Shown here piece by piece: positions 14,601-41,748 of a stretch of 64,000 nt of DNA. Positions within the stretch are counted from its first letter, which is position 1; each line of letters starts with the position of its first letter. A program made the position numbers and the translations under genes. The stretch is taken from assembly GCF_009914755.1 (NCBI RefSeq), contig NC_060932.1; one strand, 5' to 3'. The DNA comes from the human T2T-CHM13v2.0 reference genome, Homo sapiens. The notes beneath the pieces are model-generated. The model was not told the origin of the DNA and ran no database searches. It saw nothing but the letters and a program-made list of their open reading frames with translations.

Positions 14601-15720
14601 CCCCTTGTGGGTTCTGTGGTTTTATGTAAGTGATGTAAGCTTAGCTAATATAGAATTAGTGAGTTCCAAAACTTGACTAAATGCTTTCCCTGTCACTACT
14701 TTTATGAGAATGAGATCATATTTTCTGCTGTTTCTTATATGGGGGTGGGTGAAGAAGAGGGTGTTGAATTATATGTTATTGCTTCTTTCACCATTGTAAT
14801 TCTAAAATTTCATGGGGTAGACTTTTTGAAATGAAAAGCAGAGAGAAAAAATTATGAAATATTATCCTTGATGCAATGGTGATTTTGTTCAAATTCTTGT
14901 TTTAAAAATTGAGGGCCCAATTAAGTTAGGGAATACAACTATCTTTCTCTTTTTAGTTAACTTACATAATTTGAGTTCTGACTTTCTACTTCTATATGTG
15001 ATTTTATTAGAATTAAAGATAGGCTGGTCCTGAATGCCTATAAAATGTAAGTGCTGCAGAGGACCCTGTTTCACATGGTATAGTGGTTGGTGAACAGCAT
15101 TTCACCAACCACTATCGCTAGCTACCCTTGGAAATTTTATTCTTCTAACCAAGTACCTAATGAAAGTAATTCAGGAGATAAAGGGGATGCCTTGCTTACC
15201 TTCAAAATGGAGATCCTCAAATTTCAGCAACATTCACCTCTCATCTCTCTTGTTGAGAGGCCAGAAGGACAGGATCATAAAGTCAGAGAGCTGGAACTTC
15301 TGTGTTTTTAGTCTTGCAGTAAAAGTGGAGTTAAAATGATTTCAAAATCAGGGCCAATATTTTTGAGAAAGTAAACTTTAAAAAATTAAAAATATTATAA
15401 AGAGAGTCTGATTGAAATCAAATGTGGCTCTTGTACAGACTGTTTAAGCATTGATTTTCATTTAGATGATTTCTCTCTCCCTTACATCTCCAAGTAATCT
15501 CTATGGAGTTCGGGGTTTTTGTCCCTTTCACTGATGTATTCCAAGCTTATAACAGTGCTTGGCACAGAGTAGGCACCCAATAAATAATTACAGAAAGGAT
15601 GGGTAGATGGATAGATTGATGGGTGGGTAGATATGGATTTTACATAACAAACATGATTGCTTTGCTCCTCTGAAAAATCAAAACTAATTTGTCACAATTA
15701 ATAATAAAGTTGTTTTAAGG

Positions 15721-15941
15721 CAGTGGATTTCAACCAGGGAAGATTTAGCCCTCCCTCCATGTCCCAGGGATATTTGACAATGTCTGGAGATATTTTTGGT
15801 TGTGAAAACTGAGGAGTGATACTGCTGGCATCTAGTGAGTAGAAGCCAGAAATCCTGCTAAATGTTCTGTAATGCATAGGACAGTCCCCCCATAACAAAG
15901 TATTACCTGGCCCAAAATGTCCATGTTGAGATTGAGAAACT
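15721..15941. mobile_element. MER20
   Basis: cagtggatttcaaccaggg...gacaatgtctggagatattttt...ttgagaaact. Confidence 0.75.
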
Positions 15942-16164
15942 AGTTTACATTCCTACCAAGTTGATTTAAGGGATTGACTATTTCTTTGTGTTCTCCAGGC
16001 TTTAATCCTAATAAAATATATCTTTATCAAGTAGATTTTAGAGTCTATAAGAATCAGCAATATGCCTGTTAAAATGTTGATCCCTGGGCCCCATGCTCAT
16101 ATATTGTAAATTATTGCTAATAATGCTTTGGCTTTAAAGTTTATTTTTTTCTCATATGAATATA

Positions 16165-16243
16165 GCTATATTATATATAAACATATAATATATATTATAT
16201 ATAAACATATATTATATATAAACATATTATATATTATATATAT
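16165..16243. repeat. AT-rich tandem repeat (tatattatatataaaca)n
   Basis: About four imperfect copies are visible. Confidence 0.75.
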
Positions 16244-16371
16244 TTTGATTCACGTTTACATGATATATCTATTTTCACTGCCTACTTTCAACCTTTTTAT
16301 ATCCTTATATTTTAGATGTATCTTTTATAAGTACCATATAATACTTCATTTAAAAAAATCCATCTGACTAT

Positions 16372-16507
16372 TCTTTTTTTCTCTTTGTTTGAGACGAGGT
16401 CTCACTATTTTGCCCAGGCTGGTCTTGAACTCCTGAGCTTAAGCTATCTTCCCACTTCAGCCTCCTGAGTAGTTGGGACTGCAGGCATGTGCCACTTTGC
16501 CCAGCCT
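16372..16507 (-). mobile_element. FLAM / Alu monomer
   Basis: gagacgaggtctcactattttgcccaggctgg ... gccactttgcccagcc. Confidence 0.75.
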
Positions 16508-16639
16508 GCTGTGTATATTTAATTTGTTCTACTTGTTCTGTACTCCTTTTCTGTTTTTTCTTTTGAAATAATTGGATACTTCTTAATGACACATTTTAAA
16601 AAATCTTACGAAGTTTTATATCATTTTACTATTCCTATT

Positions 16640-24134
<7,495 letters not shown>

Positions 24135-24791
24135 TTTGTCTATTATTTTAACTGACTACCCTAAAAATTAAAAAAAATTATTGTGTGCTTTATGAAAAGT
24201 ATTTATTTGATACTTATTCTCTCCTCTTAGACAATTTAAAACTTTCTATTACATACCTCCATCTTTTTAAAAAATTTTTAAGCAACACATAATAATTGTA
24301 CATATTTGTGGGGGTGCAGAGTGAGATTTTTATACATATATACAATGAGTAATGATTGAATCAGAGTAATTAGCATATCCATTACCTCAAATATTCATCA
24401 TTTCTTTGTGCTGGAAACATTCAACAACCTATCTATTTGAAATTCATCTATTTGAAAACATACAATAAATTACTAACTATAGTCACCCTACAGTGCTATA
24501 GAATACTAGAACACTAGAACTTATTTCTCCTCTCTAGCTGTAATTTTGTATTTGTTAACTAACGTTTTCCTCACCTCTTCCCTACTCTTCCCAGCCTCTA
24601 ATAACCACTATTCTACTCTCTACTTCTATGAACTCAACATTTTTATCTCACACATGAGTGATAACATGCGGTATTTATCTTTCTGTGCCTGACTTATTTT
24701 ACTTAATATAATGTCCTCCAGGTTCATCCATATTGCCTCGAATGACAGGATTTCATTCTTTTTATGACTAAATAATATTCTTTTTGTGAAT

Positions 24792-24885
24792 ATGTATGTG
24801 TGTGTATATATATATATACACAACATATATATATACAACATATATATATACAACATATATATATACACACACCATATATATATAT
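24792..24885. repeat. (TG)n/(TA)n and (caacatatatatata)x3 simple repeat
   Basis: Seen directly in the sequence. Confidence 0.85.
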
Positions 24886-26167
24886 GAAACATTTTCCTTA
24901 TTCCTTAATCTTTTGCTGGATACTTAGGTTGACTACATATTGTACTACTGTAAACATGGGGGTGCAGATGTTTCTTTGATATACTGATTTCCTTTGGAAA
25001 TAGTAGTGGTAGTGCTAGATCATATGGTAGTTCTATTCATAGATTTTTGAGGAAACTTCATACTGTTTTTCATAATGGATGTACTAATTTATGTTCCCAT
25101 TTACAGTGTATGAGTTTTCTTTGTGTTCTCACCAGCATTTATTTATTTTTATTTGTTTCTATTTGTTACAACAAATTCAAACTTTTGGACAAGAGCCATT
25201 CCAACTGGGATGAGATATGTCTTACTGTGGTTTAGATTTGCATTTTCCTGGATGATTAGTGATGTTGGACCTGTTTTTCAGATACTTGTTGGCCATTTGT
25301 GTGTCTTCATTTGAGAAATGTCTATTCAGATCCTTCACCAATTTTTAAATCAAATTATTTGGGGTTTCCTTTTGCTCTTGAGTTGGGTTCTTTTTTATTC
25401 TGTATATTAATCACTTGTAGGATGAATGGCTTGGAAATGTTTTCTGCCTTTCTACAAGTTATCTCTTCACTCAGTTGATTGTTTCCTTTAATATGCAGAA
25501 ACTTTTAAGTTTGATATAATCATGTCTATTTTTGCTTTTGTTGTCCGTGGTTTGGAGTATTTTTTAATTCTCTTTTTAAAAAAAATATTCTTTCTATTTT
25601 GATTTTGAGTCTTACCCACAAAATCTTTGCCCACACTAATTCCTGAAGTGTTTCCCTTATGTTTTCTTGTAGCAATTCTATAGTTTCAGGTCTTACATTT
25701 AAGTCTTTAATTCATCTTGAGTTGATTTTTGTTTATGGTGGGAGATATGAGTCTAGTTTCAATCTTCTGTGTATGGATATTCAATTTTCCCAGCACCGTT
25801 TTTTGAAGAGGCTCTCCTTTCAGTGTATGTTCCTGGCACCTTTGTCAAAAATCAGTTGACTGTAAATATATGGATTTATTTCTGGGTTCTCTATTCTGTT
25901 CCATTGGTCTAAGTGTCTTTTTTAAACCAGTTCTATGCTGTTTTGGTTACTATAGCTTTGTGGTATATTTTGAAGTCAGGTAGTTTGATGACTCTAGGTT
26001 TGTTCTTTTTGCTCAGAATTGCTTTGGTTCTTGGGGGTCTTCTGTGGTTCCATATAAATTTTAGAATTGCTTTCTCTGTTTCTGTGAAGAGTGTCATTGG
26101 TATTTTGATAGGGATTGCTTCGAATCTGTAGATTGCTTTGTGTAATATAATCACTTTAACATTATGA

Positions 26168-28930
<2,763 letters not shown>

Positions 28931-29362
28931 ATATGAATTCTTCCAATCCATGAACATGAGATGTCTTTCCATTTTTGTGTTTGCCCTCTTTAATTTCTTT
29001 TAGCAGTATTTTGTAGGTATCATTGTGGAAATCTTTCACCTTTTTGGATAAATTTATTTTTAGCTTTAAAAATCTTTTGTAGCTACTGTAAATGGGATAA
29101 TTTTTTCTTGATGAATTATTTATTACTGGTTTATAGAATCACTACTGATTTTTGTTTGGTTGATTTTGTATCCTGCAACTTTATTGAATTTGTTAATTAG
29201 TTCAAACAGGTTTTTTGGCGGAATCTTTAGTTTTTTGTTTTTTTTTTTAAATATATAAGATAATGTCATCTGCAAATAGGGACAATTTGACTTCTTGTTT
29301 CTTAATTTCATTCCTTACTATTTCTTTGTCTTGCCTAATTACTCTCTTAGGAACTCCAGTAC

Positions 29363-29736
29363 TGACATGGTTTGGCTCTGTGTCCCCACCCAAATCTCAT
29401 GTTGAATTGTAATCTCCAATGTTGGGGGAGGGACCTGGTGGGAGGTGATTGGATTATGGGTGCAGATTTACCCCCTACTGTTCTTGTGATAGTGAGTTCT
29501 TATGAGATCTGGTTGTTTAAAAATGCACAGCACTTCCCCCTTCTCTCTCCTGCTGACCATGTGAAGATGTGCCTTGCTTCCCCTTTATCTTCTTCCATGA
29601 TTGTAAGTTTACTGAGGCCTCTCCAGCCATGCCTCATGTACAGCCTGTGGAACCATGAGTCAATTAAACCTCTTTTCTTCATAAACTACCCAGTCTCAGG
29701 CAGTTCTTTATAGCAGTGTGAGAATGGAGTAATACA
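29363..29736 (+). mobile_element. MSTA-like MaLR solo LTR
   Basis: tgacatggtttggctctgtgtccccacccaaatctc ... gagaatggagtaataca; 5-bp TSD agtac/agtat. Confidence 0.85.
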
Positions 29737-32700
29737 AGTATTATACTATGTTGAATAAGAGTGGTAAAAAATAGGCATCCTTGTCTTGCTCCAGATTTCA
29801 GAGGAAAAGCATTTTTCTTTTCCCTGCTGAAAGCTTTTCCATACTCACTATGATTTTACTGTGGGTTTATCACATACGGCCTTTACTTTGTTTAGTCATA
29901 TTCCTTTAATACCTAATTTGTTGAGAGTTTTTATCATGACAAGGTGTAGAATTTTATCAAATCCGTTTTCTGCCTCTATTGGGATGATCATATGATTTCT
30001 ACCCTTCATTCTGTTGATATGATGTATTATATATTTACTTATTAGCATATATTGAACCATCCTTGAATCCATGGCCTAAATCCACTTGATCATGGTGTGT
30101 AATCATTTTGATATACTGTTGGATTCCATTTGCTACTATTTTTTTAAGGTTTTTGCATCTGTGTTCATCAAGGTTATTCATTTGTAGTTTTTCTTGTTGT
30201 TGTTGTGTCCTTTTGTGGTTTTGGTATAAGGGAAATGCTGGCCTTGAAGAATGAGTTAGGAAGAATTTCCTTCTTTCTTTTCGGAATGGTTTGAGAAAAG
30301 TGGATGTTAGTTTCTTAAAAGTTTGATAGAATTTAGCAGTGAAGTTATGCAGTCCTGGGCTTTTTTGTTTGTTTATTTTGGGAGACTTATTACTGTTTCA
30401 ATCTCATTACTCATTACTGATCTGTTTAGGTTTTCTATTTCTTCCTGGTTCAACCTTGTTAAATTATATGTGTGCAGAAATTTATCTGTTTTCTCTAGGT
30501 TTTCCAATTTTTTGGCATATAGTTGTTCATAATAATCTCTAATGATCCTTTGCGTTCTGTGATATTAATGTGTCTCCTTTTTCATTTCTAATTTTATGTA
30601 TTGGAATCTTCTGTCTCTTTTTAGTCTAATGCCATGTTGATTTTGTTTATCTTTTCAAACAACTTTTTAAATTTGCTTTTTATTCTCTATTTTGTTTATT
30701 TCTGCGCTAATTTTCTTTCTTTCTTTCTACTAATTTTGGGTTTAATTTGTTCTTGCTTTTCTAGATCCTTGAGGTGCATTGTCAGATTGTTTATTTAAAA
30801 TCTTTCTAATTTTTGTTGTAGGTGTTCATTGCTATAAACTTCCCTCTTAGTAATGCTTTTACTATATTTAATAGGTTTTGGTATGCAGTGTTTCTGTTTT
30901 CATTTGTTTCAAGAAACTTAAAAGTTTTCTTCTTAATTTCTTTATTCACCTTTGGTGACTCAGGAGCACATTGTTACACTTTTATGTGTTTGTACAGTTT
31001 CCACAGTTCCTCTTGTTATTGATTCATAGTTTTATTCCATTGTGATCTGAAAGATACTTATGATTTTGATTTTTAAAAATTTGTTGAGACTTGTTTTATG
31101 TCCTAACATATGGTTTATCCTGGAGAATGTTCCATGTGCTGGAAAGAAGAATGTGTATTCTGCAGCTGTTGGATGACATGTTTTATAAATGTCTGTTAGG
31201 TCCATTTGATTTTGTAGTGCAGTTTAAGTCTGATGTTTCTTCATTGATTTTCTGTCTGGATACTCTGTCCAGTGCTGAGAGTGGAGCGTTGAGTCCCCAA
31301 CTATTATTGTACTAGGGTCTATCTCTCCCTTTAGTTCTACTGATACTTGCTTTATATATCTGGCTGTTCCAGTGTTGGGTGCATATACATTTACATATGT
31401 TATATCCTCTTACTGAATTAATCCCTTTATCATTATATAATGACCTTCTTTGTTCCTTTTTATATTTTTTGACTTGAAGTCTGTTTCATCTAATGTAAGT
31501 ATAGTTACTCCTGCTCACTTTTGTTTTCCATTTGTATGGAACATCTTTTCCCATCCCTTAACTTTCAGTCTATGTGTGTTGTTGCAGGTAAGTGAGTTTT
31601 TTGTAGGCAGAATATAGTTGGGTCTTATGTTTTTATCCATTCAGCCTGTTTAAATCTTATAGTTGGGAAAATTTAAACTGTTTATATTCAATATTGTTAT
31701 TGATGGTGAGTACTTACTTATCTTTTTGCCTCCCTCCACCTCTGCTTTCCATTCTTTTGTCTCCCTGTGTTTAGTTCTAGATATGTTCTCCTGATATATT
31801 TTACAAATTAATACTTTTTTTTTCAGCTTTGTCTACATGTTGTCAAACCTACCCATTAGATTATGTATTTCAGTTTTATTTATTGTTACAATTTCTTGTT
31901 GGTTCTTTTTCAAATCTACTATGTTACTTTTTACACTTTTCATTTATCTCCTGAAAATCTTAAACTTGGCTTTTATTTTCCAGATCATGTTAAGTGTAGT
32001 TATTTCTATCTTATATTCCCATGGTTGTCTTTTTTGTATTATATAGATCTCAGCTCAGATATCAACTCCTCAGGAGAGCTTTTCCTCACAACTCAGTCAA
32101 AGTAGCCTCTACTCTATGACATCAAATTTTAAATTTTTCTTTATGGCACTTACCACTGTAATAAATACATGTTTAGATTTGTTTACTTGCTTATTGTTTT
32201 TATGTACCCACCCTCCATTTTTTTAGCCTCCATAGAATGCAAATTTCCATGAAAACAGCATCTTTGCCTGTTTATTCATTGCTGTATTTTATTGCCAAGA
32301 GCAGTCCTTGGCAAATAATAAGCATACATAATAAGCAACAATACACATTGTTGAATGAATGAATGACTGAATAGCTTTATCATAGCCTTTGTCTGATTTC
32401 CCTACACTTCATCTAATGTTCACAAGTCACAAACTTTGGGAGGGTCTCAAAAATCTTCTCTGACCTTGATGTCAGAACTTGTCTCCATCTTGATCCTACT
32501 TCTCTCAACTTCCACTTTATTTGCTTGCTTTTATATTGCTTTCCTGTTCCACTTATTTTTCAGAAGACTTTGTGTTCTTTCTTCTAAGACCACTTTAAGG
32601 TAAATCTCTTTAATAGCTGCATTACATTTCTATTATAGTTATATTTCCTTTTAAATTTTATCAGGTAGTTAAAATTATATAAACCCCTAAAAATTCTTAC

Positions 32701-35700
32701 TGCTATGGCTGCCAAGTTTAGAAAAAAATTAAAAGATTATAGTTTTAAAATCAATATTTTTTTCTATATTTTGAGCTCTAATTTTATTGGCCACACTTTT
32801 CATATCTTCTATTATAAATTACAAAGTTCTTAGAGGATAATGGAATATATATTAAAATACAAGCCAAATCAAAAATAAAAATTCAGCTCTTGACTGAGAA
32901 GGTATCTCAAGAGACTTCCAAAGCTCCCTATATAAAATTTCAGGGAATTTCAGAATATTTTATTTGTTGTCAGGAGTGAGAGTATGAGGCAAGGCAATCA
33001 ATTTTTTCATTATTCTTAAGATTTTTATGAAGTGGGATCAAATAAATTTATAGAAAAGTTCCTACAACTTTATAAATGTTAGCTTTCTCTTGTTTTTTCT
33101 CCAAGTGCCCATATACAGAAAATCACATTGTAAATTGGGATTGTGGAGAAGGTATTGTGAGATAGGTATAGTGATTAGAGGCAGTAAATATGGAAGGTTC
33201 TAGAATATAATGAGGGTTAAAAACTAACTTCTCTGTCAAGAAGACAACTACCCAAAGGTGTCAGGAAACTAGGCTCAGAAAATAGCTCATTCTTTTGTTA
33301 GAGCCAGGACTGCTTTCCTTTAGGAAAAGCTGGCAAGGAAATTCCATGGCCTAGAAGTCTGAAGATTAAGGTCAGAACCTTCAAAGATGGCCAAAGTCCA
33401 TCGTAGAAGGCTACTCTTCAGTCTGGGGTATACTCAGAATGGTTAGCTATGGTTTCATCTATCTAGGTCACAGATGCTTTCTGGAAACAGTAATATGCCA
33501 AGAAAGGATATGTAAAGTTGCTATATAAAAACAAACAATGGTTAATAATATTTTTTGAAAACTATGCTGGTTTTGTGCTAAACACTTTAAATAGTATCCT
33601 TTTATTTAATTTTCATTATAGTTTCATGAGCTAGGAACTATTACCATTTCCATTTTACAGATGATAAAACTGAGGCTTTCAGAAAAGATTAAGGTACTTT
33701 TCTCAATTTCAGAGCTGAAACTCAAACCTAGGTTGCTTCAAAACCAAAAATACTCTTAATTACTAGTAGTGATTTATATAAACATATTATGCCTGATTAT
33801 CATGTATTGTTCTTGACTGTTCGTTAATATTGCATGTTCTTTTAATTGTTGAGGAAGACTTGACTGAGTTGAACTAGCCAGAGAAGGGACTGATCTGTGA
33901 ATTCCTTCCTTGCTGCTACATACCTCCCTAACTCCTATAGGCTCACTTTAGAAAATAGAAGTCAAGACTCCTACGAAGGTTCATTTGAGATGGGAAGGTT
34001 GGTGAATAGACATTTTGTGCCTGGTAATTAGGAGGAACAATTGGCAACATCTGTAGTTCCCCCACAAAAGGAAAATTTTGCCTAATTTTTGAGAGGAAGA
34101 AAGGATATTCTCTGGCACCATATCTTAGAGTCTTTGCTGGCATTCCTGTAGTCCAGGATAAAATGGGAATGTCAAAGAAATTTCAGGTGCGGTTTTATAG
34201 GAGGGTACATTAAAGAAAAAGCAGAGCTGAAAGTCAAGGAAATAATTCCAAACAGAAGGCACTGGGTTAGTAAAAGACTTAGGCAACTTAGCTGTGCAGG
34301 GGATGCCATGCAACTGAATCACAAAGGGTGACACACTAGGTGACCCTCAGAAAAGCTGATCGTGTCACTGTGGGGAGACCATGAGGTTTTTGTTACTGTA
34401 GTTGCTTGTTTCAGAATGCAAAAGTTTTGCTTCCTTTCTCTTTCTTATACTTGTAAGAAGGGAGTTAGTGCTAATATATTAAAATAATCTGGTGGCAAGA
34501 TTTCTCAGGTGGTTTGGTGCGTATTTGGACCTCAGATTTTTTTCTATGTGCATCTCTGTCATGAGAATTATAGCTGATTCAAGTCACATGTACAACTCTA
34601 ATAAAGACATGCAGTTAATGGGTTTTCTGTTTTTGTGTAGTAGATATATTTTAATTTTTTTCATTAATGGAAGAAGTATGATGGGTGAAAACATCAGACA
34701 GAGTCTGGAATCAGACAAACTTGGGTTTTAATTCTGACAATACTTATGGTTGACGTTTTATGATTCCTGCAGATAACAGCTATTGCAAGAGATCCCTGAG
34801 TTGGCTGTAGAAGAATGCAGGTTTTTCTTGGTATATTTCTTTACAAATTAGCTTTCCCAGGGAAATCTAGTGAGCAAGATTTTGGTAGTAACCTCTTTTT
34901 TAGGTCATAATAGAGTGAAGGGCAGCCAGAGTGCTGACTTGGTTGGGGCAGCATTGTGTAGTAGAAAACACATGAACTTTCATGCACTGCATATGAATTC
35001 CAGTTTTGCAACTTTCTAACTGTGTGACTTCGGGAAAATTTTAATTGAACTTGAACTTTAATTCCTTTATCTAAAAAATGGGATAATAATACAAATGATA
35101 CTGTCTACCATGAGGATTGACTGAGCTAACAAATATAAATCACCAGGAACATAGCAAGTACTTTGAATATTACATTAGTTCTAATTCCTGTCTTCCCTTG
35201 TCACCATCAAAGCTCCAGCATGTTCCTCCACCTCATACACACTATTACAGTAGTGTAGGACTGCCACCATAATGTCAGAACCTTAGACAAATTGTGCTAG
35301 AAGGTGGTATTATTGCTTTCTTGCCACTCATTTTTCCTTAGGCTACCCTACATATATGGGAGTCCTCTGGGGCAATCTAACCTGGACAATGAGAGAACAG
35401 ATGGGAAGAGGGGGTTGTAAAATAAACTGAAAAAAAAAAAAAAAAAAAAAAAACCTATGAATACCTGAAAATCCTAATATTAGCAATTTTGAAAAACTTT
35501 ATGGCAGGAAGAGGAATTATAATTTATATTCCTTGATCAAAGATATGCTCTGTAAAGCAAGAAGAAAACAAAATCAAACATATAGCTTGTGTTAAATATT
35601 AGCGTGGAAAAGGGCACTTTACGAAATTGTTTTATGGGATACATATACAATTGTTACTCAATTATTCACTATTTTAGAGTGCAAGTTCCACTGAAAGTGC

Positions 35701-36082
35701 CCTGGGGAATGGCAAGTAGAGTCAGTCCAGTACTACCCGTCCTCATATAAAAAGAACAAGATTTATGCCTCCACAGAGGAAGCTCAAGACTGCCAACCAA
35801 ACGCTGTTATTTAACAAAGGTTCTGCCCCTGGTCGTTTTCAGACACAGAGCTGGTTATAGATTCTGTTGTTCTTTTCCCCACCTACACTCCGGTGCCTTT
35901 GCCCACTTTGCTGGATAGTCACAGTTTTTAGTTACAGTTTTTGCCCCACTCCCTGTTGGGCTGTGATACTTCTTCAAAGATTCAGAGATTTGGAGGGTAA
36001 AGAAAGCAAGAGGAGGGCACCATGCTGAAAACTCAGTGAGTACTACAGGAGCAGCAAAATAAGGACTGCTTCTAGGGAAGGC

Positions 36083-36444
36083 TGTAGTAGTCTGTTGTTA
36101 TGCTGTTAATAAAGACATACCCGAGACTGGGTAATTATAAAGGAAAGAAGTTTAATTGCTTCACAGTTCCATATGGTTGGGGAGGCCTCACAATCATGGC
36201 GGAAGGAAGTAGGAACAAGTCATATTTTATATGGCTGCAGGGAAGGGAGAACTTGTGCAGGGGTACTCCTTTTTATAAAACCATCAGATCTAGTGAGACT
36301 TATTCACTATCACGAGAACAGCCCGGGAAAGACCCGCCCCTATGATTCAATATCCTTCCACTGGCTCCCTCCGACAACACATGGAAATTGTGGGAGCTAC
36401 AATTCAAGATTGGATTTGTATGGAGACACAGCCAAACCATATCA
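36083..36444 (-). mobile_element. THE1 solo LTR
   Basis: aataaagacatacccgagactggg ... gacacagccaaaccatatca. Confidence 0.85.
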
Positions 36445-36549
36445 AGGGGAGAAACTGGAAAGCTCAACGGAATGCTTTCAGCACTAATATATACAAGGAA
36501 GTGAGATGTGAAACATCCAGTGTTTTGCTAGTAAATGTTTAACACAATC

Positions 36550-36724
36550 AGCTCCCTGGGGCGCCAGAGCGGAACCCTCGTTTGTAGCATCTGCTAATTC
36601 CCATAATGTAAATACTCCCACCATGGCCTGTTTCAAGCTACCAATATAATGTCACTAAAAGCCATGTTGGACATTGATGCTCAGAACTGGCTCTTCTGTG
36701 TTGGTGCCAGTCAGCACACCAGTG
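36550..36724 (-). mobile_element. MER63-like hAT fragment
   Basis: tgtaaatactcccaccatggcc..tttcaagctacca ... cagcacaccagtg terminus; related to the copy at 57314. Confidence 0.55.
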
Positions 36725-37265
36725 ATAGTAGCCTTAGCACCACTGACTGAGACAGGGAGGATATGGTAGAGAATTTTAAGAGACGATGTTCCCTTTTTGG
36801 TGATAGAAATTCTTAAAATATTAGCTTTACTGCTTTATTAACTGTATGACTTTCTGTAGAGATCCTTAAATTCCCCAAGTCTCAATTTCCTTATTTATTA
36901 ATATATGTATTCGATATACATTTTCTGAGTGTCTTTTGTATGCCAGGAACTTTTGTAGACATCTGGATACAGAGGTGAATAATACAAATTCCCTGCCCTC
37001 TTGGAGCTTATAATCTAGTAGGGAAGACTGATAATACACAGGTAAACAAATTTAAGGTAGTGTCATGAAGAAAACGCTTAGGGCATTGTAAGCCCAGGAG
37101 GGGAAATTTTGTCTGTTTTGGGCACTGCTGTGTCCTCAGTGCTTACGACATTGTAAGAATGATTCAGAGTATAAATGAAGGCTCTGGTACTCTAATTAGG
37201 GCTTTTGGAAAAGACTGAGGGGCCGAAAGATGACCAGAAATATGTGATTGATATACAAGAACAAA

Positions 37266-37690
37266 TGTGGCAGGTGCTGTTGGGTAGCTGCTGACACCCC
37301 CATCTCCAGCCCTCCTCTCCTGAACTACTTCCAGTGGGAGTGGTCATGTGTCACAGTTCTGGCTAGGGAAAAATAAATGGAAATCTTTTGGGTGGGATTT
37401 CCAGGAAAGCTTTTGTTTTTCCTATAAATTGGACAGACTTTATCTCTTGCCCCTTGGTCTTTTCTTGTTTGTGTTGCCTGAATTTGATTGAGAATTAGCA
37501 GCCATTTGGGACTGTAAAGTGCAAGCACGAAGACAACAACCTACCTGCTAAGCAGGATGGACCTCTGGCAGCAGCATTGCACAGCCTTACTACTCCTGGC
37601 CTGCTCAACTTGTGACACTTGTTACATGAGATAAATGACACTCTATGTGTTGTCTGTTTTTTTGTGTTTTGTGTTTTTTTTTGCAATTAA
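37266..37690 (+). mobile_element. Old MLT1-type LTR
   Basis: tgtggcaggtgctgttgg start; ggtcatgtgtcacagttctggc; gttacatgagataaat motifs. Confidence 0.5.
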
Positions 37691-38049
37691 TATAGCAAGC
37701 CAGGCCATAAAAATATAGAAAGAATAATGAATACTAAATAAGTCATATAAAACAGTAGAATTTAAGAAACATTGCTCAAAAAATGTTGCTCTTAATATCA
37801 TAATGACTCAAGTAATAAAGAATCATTACATACTTTTGAGCCCTTATTCTGTGCTTTATAATAGGAATCATAATAATGTGAGTGATTCCAGAGTCAAATA
37901 CAAAAAACAAACTGAATTTAAAATCTTGGGACTAACGTTAATAGCTGTCAGTTGACACTTCATCAACAATTCAGACACTTATATTTCAAAACAGGAAGCA
38001 ACAAAATGCTTGGAAAAAGATCCAGGACTTTATAAAATATTGTCCTTTT

Positions 38050-38352
38050 TAGAGCTGGAGGCCATAATCCTAAGCAAACTAACCCAGGAACAGAAAACTA
38101 AATACTGCATGTTCTTACTTATAAGTAGGAGCTAAACACTGAATACACATGGACCAAAATAGGGAACAACAGACACAGCGGCCTATTTGAGGGTAGAAAG
38201 TGGGAGGAGGGAGAGGATTAAAAAACTCTCTATCAAGTACTATGATTATTACCTGGGTGATGAAATAATCTGTATACCAACCTCCATGAAATACAATTTA
38301 CCTATATAACAAACCTGCACATGTACCCTTGAACCTAAAATAAAAGTTAAAT
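38050..38352 (+). mobile_element. Old L1P 3' end fragment
   Basis: ctggaggccataatcctaagcaaactaac ... catgtacccttgaacctaaaataaaagttaaa. Confidence 0.8.
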
Positions 38353-38460
38353 TTAGAAAATATTATCTTTTTGGTATAGAAATTTCAATATAGAAGCAAA
38401 TTACTGAAGAGTTTCCTGACACAAAGGAGCATGAGTACATGTACATATGTGTGTATATAA

Positions 38461-40042
<1,582 letters not shown>

Positions 40043-41298
40043 TAGTCAATTCTGAGGCTCTAAGGAATGTAACAAAAACAGAATGTATGAAAAAAAGAAT
40101 TTGGGTTTTATGTTCCTAAGGCTGAATCGTGTTTCTCAACCATTTTTACATTATTGTTTCCCTTCACCCAGGACAATTGTTTGACTTTATTCCTCTAATA
40201 ACCTCCTCTTACCCCCCATGAAATTTTAGTATTAGTTATTCCATGTATACATTTATATTGTCAGAGTTGAGCTTCGGAGGATCATAAACAATTATAATAT
40301 CTAAGATTTTTTCACCTCCCCCATAAACCGATTTTTACGTCCTTGGGGATGATATCACCCCCTCCTGCTCCCTGATTAAAATGCGTAAGCTGAACCAGCA
40401 CTGAACTTGAAAAAATATTTCTTACTTTTTTACCTCATGGGCCAGATATGTGGGAGAGTTTTCAAACTTCTGAGAAAATCTTAGAATCAGCACAGATGTT
40501 GATACAGCTTTCTTGAAAGTCTTGAAATATTTTTAGCCCTGGGAAGATCATATCCACGTTGGGAAGCTGTGTTTTCAGTCTTTTGAGCAAGTATAGGAGG
40601 AATCTATCTCCTAGTATTCTCATTCCCAAATGTGTCTTTGGAAAATTTACACATTGGTAATCAGAATCAGAGTGATGTAAATTTAATGATTCCTGGAAAA
40701 ACTTTTAAAAATGTCTTTTCACTGTAGATTATTTGGAAAATATAGATAAGCAAACAATAAAAGCCAAATTACCCATGGTCTGACCAAGGAGGTGTGAACA
40801 ACATATTGGCTTATTTCTTTACTATTTTTCCATTTTAAAAATGTGTATGTGAGTGTGAGGGCATGTATCCACATGCACATGGAGGTTTTTTTTTTAAAAA
40901 ATGGAATATTCAGACATGTTAATGTGTTTGTATTATTAGTATTATCATACATATTAATGTATTATTCATACATGCTTTGTAATGTATCTTTTACATTTTA
41001 TTGTAAACATTTCCCCATGGTTTAGAGTATTTTCCTACATCACTATTTCTACTGGCTATTTAGCCTTGATATATGTATATAATTAAACAGTCCCCTATTT
41101 TTTGACAGGTAGGATTCTTCACACTTCTTACCACAATAAAAATGCTTCTATAAAGTTCAGTGTGGCTACTCTTTGTACATACCATTAGTTATTCCCTTAG
41201 GAAATATATCTAGAAGTGTAAATGCTATCTCAAAAATTATGCACACTTCTACTGATTTGATAAATATTGTTAAATTATGCTTCAGGAAACTTCTATGA

Positions 41299-41748
<450 letters not shown>

